From IMG/VR virus record IMGVR_UViG_3300023296_000874, positions 62,001 through 126,000 of that record: 64,000 nucleotides of DNA. One strand, given 5' to 3'. Positions 33,156-43,000 of the stretch are shown in pieces. A model generated the notes under the pieces. It was not told the DNA's origin. It made no database searches and saw only the letters and a program-made list of their open reading frames with translations. How positions within the stretch are numbered: position 1 is the stretch's first letter; each line of letters opens with the position of its first letter. Both the position numbers and the translations under genes were made by a program.

Positions 33156-33208
33156 GCTCCCCTGAACGGGAGCATTTTGGCCTCAGTCGCGATTCTGCAG
33201 GGGGAATC

Positions 33209-33703
33209 TCAATCCTCGTAACCGCCGCCATCCTCCCAGGGAAGTCGCCGCAAGCTCCGAAGGATTGTCATGTGCTCCGGTGAAACTCGATCCTGTACCT
33301 GCTGCACAAACGCGTCGTAGCCGGGCATGAGGATGTCGGAGTAGTTTCCCGCCAGGCGATCGTACACGGAGCGAAGCTCTGCGGCCTCTGGAGATCCCAT
33401 CCCCAGCACGGTCGATTCCAGGACAATGGCTTCAATCTCGCGCAGCAGAGCCAACCGAGGCCCTCGATTGAAGGGTACCCGGTCAGCACCCGCTGGAAGG
33501 AGGAGGTTCGGGTGTGCCCGTTCCTCCTCCGTCGCTACGAGCCAGTGACAGATCTCGTGCCGGACGCCAGGCGCGTCATCGCAGAAGATGCTGGTGTAGT
33601 TCTGTTGGGAAAACGGCTTCGGGGAGGGTGGGGTCTGTACCCATTCCTTCCCGGTGATGAGATTCGCTGCCTCTTCTACACTGTCAACTGCGCTGAAACT
33701 CAA
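33209..33703 (-). CDS. hypothetical protein
   Basis: Start reassigned to TTG 33703 (ACGGAG RBS) because the ORF-track ATG lies inside the promoter motif. Confidence 0.5.
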   Translation of the reverse strand: MSFSAVDSVEEAANLITGKEWVQTPPSPKPFSQQNYTSIFCDDAPGVRHEICHWLVATEEERAHPNLLLPAGADRVPFNRGPRLALLREIEAIVLESTVLGMGSPEAAELRSVYDRLAGNYSDILMPGYDAFVQQVQDRVSPEHMTILRSLRRLPWEDGGGYED

Positions 33704-33753
33704 ATGGTACTCCGTGTTGTATATCCAACGGAGTACCATTGAGAAAACTCAGA
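33703..33753 (-). promoter_or_regulatory. Class A promoter TCTGAGT-N16-CGTT (33727-33753) with 13-bp RBS-sequestering hairpin
   Basis: tctgagt-tttctcaatggtactc-cgtt; perfect inverted repeat aatggtactccgt/acggagtaccatt. Confidence 0.7.
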
Positions 33754-35035
33754 GCAGTTCTGCCGCCAAAGCCGCCAGAGCACTACGTTCACCCTTGGTG
33801 AGCGTCACGTGTCCTGCCATGGCATGTCCCTTGAACCGCTCAATGACGTACGTCAATCCGTTGCTCAGGCTGTCAACGTAGGGATTGTCGATCTGTGCCG
33901 GGTCACCCGTGAGCACAATCTTGGTCCCTTCGCCAGCGCGCGTGAGGATCGTCTTCACCTCGTGAGGTGTGAGGTTCTGAGCCTCGTCGATGATCATGAA
34001 CTGGTTGGGGATCGAGCGGCCTCGGATGTAGGTCAGAGGCTCTACCTCAACCACCCCGGTGTCAAGCAGGTACTGGTAGTTCTTGCCACCGCGCCCATTG
34101 GCGTCCTTCTTGGTGGATCCAACCATCAGCTCAAGGTTGTCGAAGATCGGCTTCATCCAGGGATTCAGCTTCTCTTCGATGGTGCCCGGCAGGTAGCCGA
34201 GGTCCTTGCCCATGGGGAAGATGGGCCTACTCACCAGCACCTTGCGGTACTTGTGCGCGTCAGCCGTGAGCGCCATTCCTGCGGCCAGAGCAAGTAGCGT
34301 CTTGCCTGTACCAGCGATGCCGCTGATGGTCACGAGGTTGATGTCGGGATTCATCAGGAGGTGGAGAGCGAAGAGCTGCTCCTTGTTGCGCGGGTGAATG
34401 CCCCACACACCTTCATCGTTCTTGGGCAGGAGGTGTAGCTCATCATCCTGAAGCTGAGCGAGGCCGCTCTGCTTCCCGTTCTTCACCAGCACAAACTGGT
34501 TCTCAACCAACCCCTCAAAGTCGTTGGGAAGGAAACAGTCGCGGAACAGACGGTCGACGGTGGCGGTGTCTACATGCACTTCAGCGAAGCCAGTGTAGAG
34601 GCCATCACTCTCGACGCCTACTCCGGCAGTCTGGTAATCCTCCGAGGTCACGCCAATGGCGTCACCCTTGATCCTCATGTTGGTGTCCCGGCTCACGAGA
34701 ATGACGTTGTCGTCGTCCTTGCGGAGGTCCTGGGCTACACGGATGATCTGATTGTCGTTGCTGCTCTCAGCCAATGGGTCGTCAGTGAACGCTACGCGCA
34801 GGGTGCCGCCTCCTGGGAGGTCGACGCCTTCCCTGAGGGATCCCTGCTCGCGAAGTCCATCGAGGAAACGGGATACATACCTTGCGGCGTACCCAATCTC
34901 ACTCATGTCCTTCTTGAAGGTATCGATCTCTTCAATCACCGTCATGGGGATTACAAGATCGTTCTCTTCGAAGCGGCTGAGTGCCGTGTGGTCGTATAGC
35001 AGAACGTTGGTGTCGAGGACGTAGGTTCGCTTCAC
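33749..35035 (-). CDS. phoH: PIN-PhoH (PhoH2/YlaK-type) protein
   Basis: YVLDTNVLL PIN domain, RNKEQ, GIAGTGKT, GYLPG..EEK, YIRGRS, IIDEAQN, GD..QID. Confidence 0.95.
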   Translation of the reverse strand: MKRTYVLDTNVLLYDHTALSRFEENDLVIPMTVIEEIDTFKKDMSEIGYAARYVSRFLDGLREQGSLREGVDLPGGGTLRVAFTDDPLAESSNDNQIIRVAQDLRKDDDNVILVSRDTNMRIKGDAIGVTSEDYQTAGVGVESDGLYTGFAEVHVDTATVDRLFRDCFLPNDFEGLVENQFVLVKNGKQSGLAQLQDDELHLLPKNDEGVWGIHPRNKEQLFALHLLMNPDINLVTISGIAGTGKTLLALAAGMALTADAHKYRKVLVSRPIFPMGKDLGYLPGTIEEKLNPWMKPIFDNLELMVGSTKKDANGRGGKNYQYLLDTGVVEVEPLTYIRGRSIPNQFMIIDEAQNLTPHEVKTILTRAGEGTKIVLTGDPAQIDNPYVDSLSNGLTYVIERFKGHAMAGHVTLTKGERSALAALAAELL

Positions 35036-35135
35036 TCCAAACTCCTGGTTCAGTGGTCTACGCTCTTGTGTCTAATCGCGCGCACCTATGGCGCACGAGT
35101 ACCTTACAACTCGTTTGTCTCCTTGAGGGTCTGTA

Positions 35136-35774
35136 TTAGAACGCGAAGTACCAGCCGAGGGACGGTGTGAACACCGGGGGCGTGATCTCTGCCTCTCCCA
35201 ACTTGAACGGCCAAGTCCACCTCGCATCGATTTCGATACCGCTGTTACGGAAGACGTCAAAGCCCACACCAGCTCCGAAGCTGCGTGCGCCGACGTACGC
35301 ATTGACATTGAACTTGCGGAAGTAGAGGAAGTCCAGCGATACGCCCAGGTCAAACAGACGCATCGGGTCTTCTACAATGTGAGGACTCTCAAGAACCAGC
35401 CAACTGAGCTGAAGCTTGGGTCGCGCGCGGAAGCCTCCCTGGGGCGGCTCCTTCCTCCGCACATCTACATCAACACCAAGCTCAAGCTCTGCGCTGAGCG
35501 TGCCCCAAGTCAACAGGCCCGGAATGAGCTGCGCGCCCGTGCCGTTGCTGTACACTCGGTAGCGTTCATCCGTAGTGATCACTACGGGCTCGCTGAATGT
35601 GATTGTTGGGGTGCCTTCCTCAATGACGGCAAACTCCTCGAGCTTGTCATGCACGTCGGCGTACTGCTCATCCGTGAGGCACACGTAGCCTTCGGGGCAA
35701 TCCACCGGGAGCGGCTCTTGCGCCAAAGCAGGCACAGAGAGGAGGGTCAGTAGAGCAACAAGCAGTAGTCTCAT
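35136..35774 (-). CDS. secreted protein with C-terminal beta-barrel (outer-membrane) signature; spanin-like candidate
   Basis: Sec signal MRLLLVALLTLLSVPALA; amphipathic beta strands ending PSLGWYFAF. Confidence 0.55.
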   Translation of the reverse strand: MRLLLVALLTLLSVPALAQEPLPVDCPEGYVCLTDEQYADVHDKLEEFAVIEEGTPTITFSEPVVITTDERYRVYSNGTGAQLIPGLLTWGTLSAELELGVDVDVRRKEPPQGGFRARPKLQLSWLVLESPHIVEDPMRLFDLGVSLDFLYFRKFNVNAYVGARSFGAGVGFDVFRNSGIEIDARWTWPFKLGEAEITPPVFTPSLGWYFAF

Positions 35775-35823
35775 GTGGTACAGCTTACCGTCGTAGATGG
35801 CGATTGGGAAGTTTCTCGAGGGA

Positions 35824-36381
35824 TCAAGCCCTCGGAGTAGGCAGTCCGTTCAGTAGGTCCCGCGCTGAGTGCTTGGACTCACTATTGGTCTTCACCACGT
35901 ACACCTGCGGGCGTACCTCAATCACACTCTCAACATCCGTGTCCTGAATTCCCGTGGGGAGCTGCACTTCGTGGTCCTTCCCCTCAGCGGTGGTCACTGT
36001 GATGGTTCCCTTGTCACGGAAGGGGTTGGTGGGCGTGGTCCACTCGCGTGTTTCCCACTGCGTCCACCCGTTGTCGTCTGCTTCACCGACAGGGATCTCG
36101 CTGCCATCCTCACGAACGCGCTTGTCGGAGACGGTGTTGGCAGCCGCTACCACACTCTCGGAGCCTTTGGGACGTCCGAACAGGTACTTGAGGATGCCGC
36201 CGATGTTGATGTCGATACCCGACTTGAGCAGCATGAAGCCGCCTACAACCACGAAGATCGCAAGCACCAACGCTACGGGGTAACGAACCAGCCAGGTCAG
36301 AACGGTCTTGAAACCGTTGAGGAGGTTCTGGAAGAAGAGCTTGGTGATGTCACCAAAGGTCGGCTCAGTAGTCTCGGGCAT
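35824..36381 (-). CDS. single-TM inner-membrane protein (i-spanin-like candidate)
   Basis: TM segment YPVALVLAIFVVVGGFML followed by a soluble domain; GGGG RBS before ATG 36381. Confidence 0.5.
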   Translation of the reverse strand: MPETTEPTFGDITKLFFQNLLNGFKTVLTWLVRYPVALVLAIFVVVGGFMLLKSGIDINIGGILKYLFGRPKGSESVVAAANTVSDKRVREDGSEIPVGEADDNGWTQWETREWTTPTNPFRDKGTITVTTAEGKDHEVQLPTGIQDTDVESVIEVRPQVYVVKTNSESKHSARDLLNGLPTPRA

Positions 36382-36389
36382 CTTGCCCC

Positions 36390-38429
36390 CTATCGGCGTC
36401 GGATGTCTGTTGGCATGTCTCGCTTGTTGCCACGAGTGTAGATGTCGGTCAGCCACTTCTTCTGTCGGTCGCTGAGGTCGTCCCAGTTCTTCACACGGCG
36501 GCGCTTCACAAGGCTGTTGATGAACCCTGCCTCGCTACCCGCCCGCATCGTCTGCGTGCAGGAGGTGAAGAACTCATCGAGTGTCATGCGTCCGTTGGTG
36601 GGCGTCTTCGTGAAGCTGCCAGGCGCGGCTACGGGAGCGGCGCTCGAAGCAGAGGCGGGAGCAGTCGGTACCACACTACGGGAGCTGATGCCTCGGAGCC
36701 AACGGAGCTGTCCGGGGCTGAGGTCCTTGATCCTCTTGTACCGGCGCTGCATGTCCTCTACGAACTGTACCTCGCGCTGGGCGCTTGGGTCCTTCAGGCG
36801 GTCAGCTTCCGCAACCAGGTCCTTGTACTCCTGAAGGTCGCGGATATCCTGCTGCTCGGCTGCGGCTGCACGCTTGGCTTCCAGCTTGGCAGCGTCGTCG
36901 TCTGCCTTGGTCTGCTGCTGCTGTGCCGCGCGGGCGTCTGCAATGGCGTCACGGAAGGCGTCTGAGCTACCCATGAGGCGGTTCAGAAGGTCACCGTTCC
37001 GTACCAATGCTTCGGCGGGGACGCTGCATCGCTGGTAGGTGGCGGAGAGGCCGAGGCGCGTGAGGTCGGAGAGCTTGATGTCACCCGCGTCGATGGTGCT
37101 GAACACAGCGGCCTTCAAATCCACCGAGGAGATCGTGGTCACCTTGCGGATGGGGTGGTCGGGTGGAACTGAGCTGCTCCACGAGCTCGCGGGGCGGTAA
37201 TCCCAGCTTGAGCACTTGAGCATGTTGTAGAGCTGAGCGTGTCCGGGGTTTCGGCTGATCCAGTCTCCATAGGTCCACTGCCGGATGAACACGTTGGCGT
37301 CAGTGCTTGGCGCGGTCAGGTTGTGCCTGCGGCCTCCACTGTTGGTGAGCATGGCGTCGATGTTGGTCAGCCGTGCCTCGTAGTCGCTGTACTGCTCATC
37401 TACGATGTGGATCGTTGCTTCCTTCCACTCGTCGATGTACCCCTTGAGGCGGGTACGGTTTCCCACTTCCTTCTTCATGGTGGCGAAGTGGGAGATCACA
37501 TCCCCTTCCACGTCGCTTTGCTTGTCCTCAAGGTCATCAATCTGGCCCTGAATGAAGTTGCGGTACTCACGGAGGATGAGGTCGTATGCCTGCGTAGGCG
37601 TGCCGTACTGCAAGAGCAGTCGGAGCTGCGTCTCGTACTCAACGAAGAGCTGAAGCTTCTTCTCGTCGCTCACCTTCACCCGGTCGATCTTCTGCTTCCT
37701 ACGAATCTTGTCGGGGATTTCCTTCACCAACGTAGTCCTGTAGGTGTCTTCCATCACGCGGCGCATGACGCTCACGTTCCGTACCCACTTGGCGAAGGAG
37801 TCAGAGAGCTGGAACCCCGCCACGCGGCGGAAGGTAGCGAGCTTCGCCTGGAACTCGCCAATGTCGAATCCGTTGGGGAGGTCAGCCTGAAGGGTCTTCA
37901 GCGAGGCGAAGATGGCGTCCTGTCGGTCCCACACGTCAAGGGTGGTGGCATCAACGGCATCGAAGCGCCTGTCCTGCAACCGGGCACGCAACCTGTTGAG
38001 GTAGATGTTCAGTTCCTGCTTGGTGAACCCGCTGAGGACCACGTAGGTCAGGATGCAAGAGGAGCCCAGAACCATCGTGTGATGGTTGAGCTTGTTCTCG
38101 ATCTGGAAGTGGTAGACGATCGGGTTGTGTCCACAGAGCTCGCACTTGCCGTTGCTCTCTGCCCACTGCTTCTTCAGCGCCCACTCCATCTTCGCATCGT
38201 CGTAGGAGTCAGCGTTGGAAACGGCAATCAGGCTGCGCTTCTGCTTCTCTTCAAAGCCTGAGCCTGATGCACCATCGAGGGCAGCGGAGAGGTCGTCAAC
38301 GGCGCTCTCAAGTTCTGCGACCGTGTCGAGGTCGCTGTCGTTACGGAAAGACATTCCCTTCTTAGACCCAGGCTGAGCCGGGTCCGTGCGAAAGAAAAGC
38401 ATCTCATCACGAGCAAATCGAAGAGCCAT
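36390..38429 (-). CDS. 679-aa hypothetical protein with CxxC-H-C zinc motif and two C-terminal helical repeats
   Basis: CELCGHNPIVYHF...LGSSCI; repeats E..F...M......LS..Q..WL..I; class B motif upstream. Confidence 0.7.
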   Translation of the reverse strand: MALRFARDEMLFFRTDPAQPGSKKGMSFRNDSDLDTVAELESAVDDLSAALDGASGSGFEEKQKRSLIAVSNADSYDDAKMEWALKKQWAESNGKCELCGHNPIVYHFQIENKLNHHTMVLGSSCILTYVVLSGFTKQELNIYLNRLRARLQDRRFDAVDATTLDVWDRQDAIFASLKTLQADLPNGFDIGEFQAKLATFRRVAGFQLSDSFAKWVRNVSVMRRVMEDTYRTTLVKEIPDKIRRKQKIDRVKVSDEKKLQLFVEYETQLRLLLQYGTPTQAYDLILREYRNFIQGQIDDLEDKQSDVEGDVISHFATMKKEVGNRTRLKGYIDEWKEATIHIVDEQYSDYEARLTNIDAMLTNSGGRRHNLTAPSTDANVFIRQWTYGDWISRNPGHAQLYNMLKCSSWDYRPASSWSSSVPPDHPIRKVTTISSVDLKAAVFSTIDAGDIKLSDLTRLGLSATYQRCSVPAEALVRNGDLLNRLMGSSDAFRDAIADARAAQQQQTKADDDAAKLEAKRAAAAEQQDIRDLQEYKDLVAEADRLKDPSAQREVQFVEDMQRRYKRIKDLSPGQLRWLRGISSRSVVPTAPASASSAAPVAAPGSFTKTPTNGRMTLDEFFTSCTQTMRAGSEAGFINSLVKRRRVKNWDDLSDRQKKWLTDIYTRGNKRDMPTDIRRR

Positions 38430-38443
38430 AGTGCCAGACCTCT

Positions 38444-38487
38444 GCGGGGGAAGGTTCTACCCCTCCCCCGCCACAAAACGATTATGA
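38444..38487 (-). promoter_or_regulatory. Class B motif (38471-38487) followed by a GC-rich hairpin
   Basis: TCATAATCGTTTTGTGG; hairpin gcggggga.gg/cc.tcccccgc. Confidence 0.6.
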
Positions 38488-38494
38488 ACCGACG

Positions 38495-39247
38495 CTACGG
38501 AGTATCGCCCCAAGGAGGAGCATCACCAACGGTAGGCTGCGTCTCTCCAATCACCATGCCGGGATCGGTACGCTCGTCTACGGGCTCCATGGCGTCGTCT
38601 GGCAAGTCGAACGGTACGTCCCGCCCCGGTGCCCCACCACCGCCACTAAAGCCGCCTCCGTAGCCACCACCGCCGCCTCCACCACCTGGGAGGCTAAAGC
38701 CCCCAGCGTTCTTGCTGCTCCAGGAATCAATGAACGCCTTCATGGGCTCAGTGAACTTGGTTCCGAGGTTGTAAGCCAGCAGTCCAAGGTTGGTCAGGAA
38801 CAGCATGGATAGCACGCCAAGGTACAGCGTAGCAAGCGGGCTGTTCACGTCCTGAGAGGTACGCAGCGAAACCATCGCCATCACACACATCGTGAGGAAC
38901 GTCACCATCGTGAGCCAGAAGCTCACACGTCCAAGGCTGACCTTCCACCTGCCGTCCTTGCTCTTCTCATAGAACAGAGGGGCAATGCGGTCAAACCTCT
39001 TTCGAGGACGGTGTTCAGCACCCGCACCGGGTCCGTCGATGTCGTTGTGGTCGTCGAAATGGAGCGGTGACTCTCGACGCGCGGTGATGACCGGGGCGCG
39101 AGAAGTTGTCGCTCGGGGAGCTGACAACTGTTGACGTGTCTTCTTCACCGCGAAGACCACGGCGAGTACTACAAGAAGGATGAGTGCGGAAACCAGGCCG
39201 GTTCCAAGCCAGGGCACACCGAACAGATCCCAGTGGATAAAGTCCAT
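38495..39247 (-). CDS. putative holin (3 TM helices)
   Basis: Three hydrophobic segments, E..DG...SLGRV.F motif, directly downstream of the endolysin. Confidence 0.55.
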   Translation of the reverse strand: MDFIHWDLFGVPWLGTGLVSALILLVVLAVVFAVKKTRQQLSAPRATTSRAPVITARRESPLHFDDHNDIDGPGAGAEHRPRKRFDRIAPLFYEKSKDGRWKVSLGRVSFWLTMVTFLTMCVMAMVSLRTSQDVNSPLATLYLGVLSMLFLTNLGLLAYNLGTKFTEPMKAFIDSWSSKNAGGFSLPGGGGGGGGYGGGFSGGGGAPGRDVPFDLPDDAMEPVDERTDPGMVIGETQPTVGDAPPWGDTP

Positions 39248-39284
39248 GAGATTTACCTACAGAATAGGGTTGTCGTGTTGGTGT

Positions 39285-40019
39285 CTATGTGTTTGGGACG
39301 GACGCGCCGTTTGCCTTCAAGAAGGATACAAGCCAACTGTCGATCATCTCCAGTGCATCCGGGTCACGGGTAGCAGATACCCATCCGTTTGCCTGCTTGA
39401 TCTGCGTGATGGCTGCCTTGGTGTTCCTACCGACAATGCCGTCGATAGTACCGATGTCAATTCCGTAGGCGAGGATCTGGCCCTGCACCCACGCGGCCTC
39501 ATCGTCCTTCACTTCTCGAATGTCAACGCCGATGTCCAGGATGGCTGCACGTACCGCCATCTTGTAGCCTTCAAGGCGTCGGACGTTCTGGAACTCCCCA
39601 CGACACTCGAAGTGCCAGGCCTCGCTCTTGCGGGAGTTGGGCTCAGAGATGATCGGCACCACGTTGTAGCGTGCGGCGATACCCCAGAACACCTCAAGGA
39701 AGTTGTCACCCAAGGGTCGGAGTGCCCCAAGGTCAACGTCCATTGCTCGGCCAGCCTCATGGAAACTTGATCCGGGCGGTGGAGAGTAGCTCCTCTTTCG
39801 GCCCGTCTTGTAGTCCATGTGAGCCTTGAGCTGCATGTCGTAGGATCGGAACAGGTCCGAGAGCCTCAACTTGCCGCCCGCCACCCTCACATCATCTTCG
39901 ATGTTTCGAATGGAGCTGATGAAGTCAGGGGTGCAGAGGGCCATCCGCTTCGGGAGCGCAACGAAGTTGCCCTTCACCTTGTAGATGGATTCAATGCTGA
40001 TCGGAATGAGTTCAGTCAC
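39285..40019 (-). CDS. Endolysin, peptidase M15 family with PG-binding domain
   Basis: FRSY..Q, PGSSFHEAGRAMD (SxHxxGxAxD), EAWH, IDGIVGRNT..AI. Confidence 0.85.
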   Translation of the reverse strand: MTELIPISIESIYKVKGNFVALPKRMALCTPDFISSIRNIEDDVRVAGGKLRLSDLFRSYDMQLKAHMDYKTGRKRSYSPPPGSSFHEAGRAMDVDLGALRPLGDNFLEVFWGIAARYNVVPIISEPNSRKSEAWHFECRGEFQNVRRLEGYKMAVRAAILDIGVDIREVKDDEAAWVQGQILAYGIDIGTIDGIVGRNTKAAITQIKQANGWVSATRDPDALEMIDSWLVSFLKANGASVPNT

Positions 40020-40029
40020 TTAGCGTCTC

Positions 40030-43000
40030 CTACACCTTGGTTGCGTAGAGCCTGTCGACGTAACAGCTCACGGCAGTATTGGCTGCCGAGCCCGTGTTGT
40101 CGATAACAAAGCGCCCTACAACATCTCCTGAGGTGATGGTAGTACCGGAAAAGGTGCCAGTGCCCACTGTAGTCAGGTCCCAGCTCACGGAAGTTGTACC
40201 TCCCGCAGATACCAGGATTCCAACGCGGTGCCACTCAGTATCCAGCACCGTCGTGGTGAGGATGGTCACATCACCCGTGCCAGTCAGCTCGTTGTGGACG
40301 GTGATGGTGTAGAAGCTCGTCGCAGGGTTGAACGTTACGCTGATCAGGTCGTTGTAGGTGCTTCCCTGCCTGCTCTGGTACTTGAGGTCAAAGGTGTTTC
40401 CGGTCGGGATTGTGGAGCTGAGCAGCTTGAAGCTGAACTGCAGGTTCACAAGATCCGTACCGAACTCGCCCGCCGAAGAGCTGATCTCTCGGAACGCGGT
40501 GTCTGTACCAACCCGTCCGGTTCCCGTGAACAACCCGCTGCGATCCCCAATGAAGGATTCTGCGTCAGATACCCTGAAGGCTCGTGGGTGGTTCGTGCTC
40601 CAGCCTTCGGATGCGCTCAGGGCTTGTACGGGGAACTTGCCCACCGGGTATGACATGAAGTTGTCAAGGAAGCTCACTTCAAAGACGCCGGGCTGCGTGG
40701 TGCCTACTGAGAAGGCGTCTTCGAGGATGGATACCTTACCGTCACCTGCTCGGGCCATGAGGTCAAAGGCCCCAAGAGATCCGATGTTGCGGAACACCAC
40801 CTGGGTGTCAGTGTAGTCCACAATCCACTGGTCAAGCTGGATCCAGTCAGCGGTGGCTCCAGCCGCGCGGGATCGGATGAAGTACTCGACGCCGTTGCCC
40901 TTGTCCGCTGCCTTAACGGGAGCGAGGTTGACGCCCGAAACGGTCATGGCGTCCCCTACAGACATGACGCGTGGGTACACCTCGTAGAGGTTGGGCATCC
41001 CAACCCGCGCCGTAGCAGATGGCACCACCACCTGAGTATCGTCTTCCATGAAGGGTACGAGGAGGGGCTGGTGGGTCAGGGGCCGTCCGATGCAGCGGTA
41101 CCGGTCGATAGCAGAGGCTCCCTCACCCACACCTGCGGAGCTGATGTGGGCTACCGCGCGCTGTTCCCGGTAGAGGTTCTGTACGTTGAACACTGGGTTC
41201 ACAACTGAGGTGAGAATCACCATCTGGAGCTCGCCTCCACGTCCCTTGAGTACCTTCGGGTTGGTGGTGACGTGCTCAGGCAGTGCAAAGTTCGAGGGCG
41301 CTTCTTCCTTGAAGTTCCTCACCAACATCGCGGTGCAGTAGAGCCCACGGAACCCCACCTTGATGTCCCTGTTGCCAGTTTCCAAAGAGCCTCCGGAGAA
41401 GTCTCCGGCCTGGTTGTACCCGGCACCTCCTCGAGTCACTCGGAACTGAGTCAGAGTGCTGGTGGAGATGTTGCCCTGGCTGAGGGTGATCATAGAACCC
41501 GCACCCAAAGCGTCGGAGGCGCGGGTGCTGTCCTGAATCTCACTACTGGGGTTGCTGCCTTGCCCACCGATGAAGAAGAAGCTGCCTCCTCCGGAGCCGG
41601 ATTCGAGATCCTCACCTACGAAGTCGGCATCGCGGTAGCGTGCGCCAAGGGGGAGTCGGGTGATGAATCCAGCCCGGTCAGGGGATACGTCACTCAGGGG
41701 GAGGGTCTCATGCCGAGGTGCGTCTGCCGGGATGCTGTTCCCGATGTTCCTCTGGTCATAGTACCGCCCGCCCGCAAGCCCACTGAACCGTGCGGTGCCC
41801 AGGGAGGTGAAGAACTCAGCGGTGGCGAGTACCTCGTAGTGGAAGGGCGTCCCCAGATCGTAGCCGGTCAGTGCGGTGTCCAGGTCCGTGAGATCGGTGG
41901 GGCTCACGAGGCCGCGATTGTTGAACGGCTCGGGTGTCGTGGAGCCAAAGGGCTCGTACCTGTCGTAGATGCTTCCCTGGTATGGGACGCGGGTGTAGGT
42001 GATCTGAGCAATGGCGCTTGCGGGCAGTGCCTGTGGCACCACAACACTCAACGTCACAGTCTCATCCACTCCAGTCACCTGTTCGTGTGCGGCAAGGATG
42101 CCGTTCGAGGTGATGAACCCTTCTCGGAAGCCAAACAGGTTCGCTACCACCACGTACTCGGTCGCTGCCGCGTATCCAGTGATTGCGCCGGGGAGGATCG
42201 TGAAGGTCACGTCCAGGTTGGTCCCGGTGCGTCCAATCCAGATGTTCGGGTCGATGTTCGAGGTCTCAATGCTGGCATTGAGGAGGTTGGTACCCGCGAT
42301 GCTGTTGGTGTCAAAGTCACTCGCCTCGAAGATGCCAATCACCCGTCCCAGTCCGATGTACTGAGGAAGCTCGATGCCTCCTGTGACGGTGTTCACCTTG
42401 CAGCCAATCTTGTCCGGGGTGCCGGAGTCAAGGGCCTCGTAGGCGATGCTGTCTTCCCTGGCGAGTACGCTGTTCCCTACGAAGGTGTCGTCGTCGAAGT
42501 CGGAGCGCCCAAGTAGGTTGAGCACCACTTCCGAGGAGGCATCTGATTCGTCAATGGCCCAAACGTGCAGGCCCGTGTGGAACACGCCAGTAGAGGCAGC
42601 CACAATGGGGATCGCATGGGAGCCAAGACTCGGGAGGTACGCCTTGGGTACCTCGAGGCAGTACCGTGTGTCAAACAGGCTGTAGAAGGCGTGTGTCGGG
42701 GAGAAGGTAGCGTTCTCTCGGGGTACAAGAGCTACGTTCACCCTCTGGAAGGGCTGTACTACGGCGGTCTTGGAGCTCTCGTCGAAGTATGCCTCTGCCT
42801 CAACCCAGGCAGCGCTGGATGCGGCGGGGTTGGCGAAGTCGGGGCTCTCAGCCAAGCTGCGCACGTCGAGGTAGTTGATACCTGAGGTGCTCGCCAACCG
42901 TGTCAGCACGGAGCTGGTGGGGTTGGTGTAGTTGATCTGATGCACCTTGCGCGGGATCACGGAGAGGCCCTGTCCGGCTGGGTAGTGCATCAAGAAGTCA

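Noticed and set aside
33165-33191. Possible class A promoter before SNF2 (CGCGACT-N16-CGTT)
   Set aside because: The -35 element matches only 4 of 7 positions; could be chance.
39257-39273. Possible class B motif before the holin (ACAACCCTATTCTGTAG)
   Set aside because: Only the TGTAG end matches and it is too close to the start codon; not counted.
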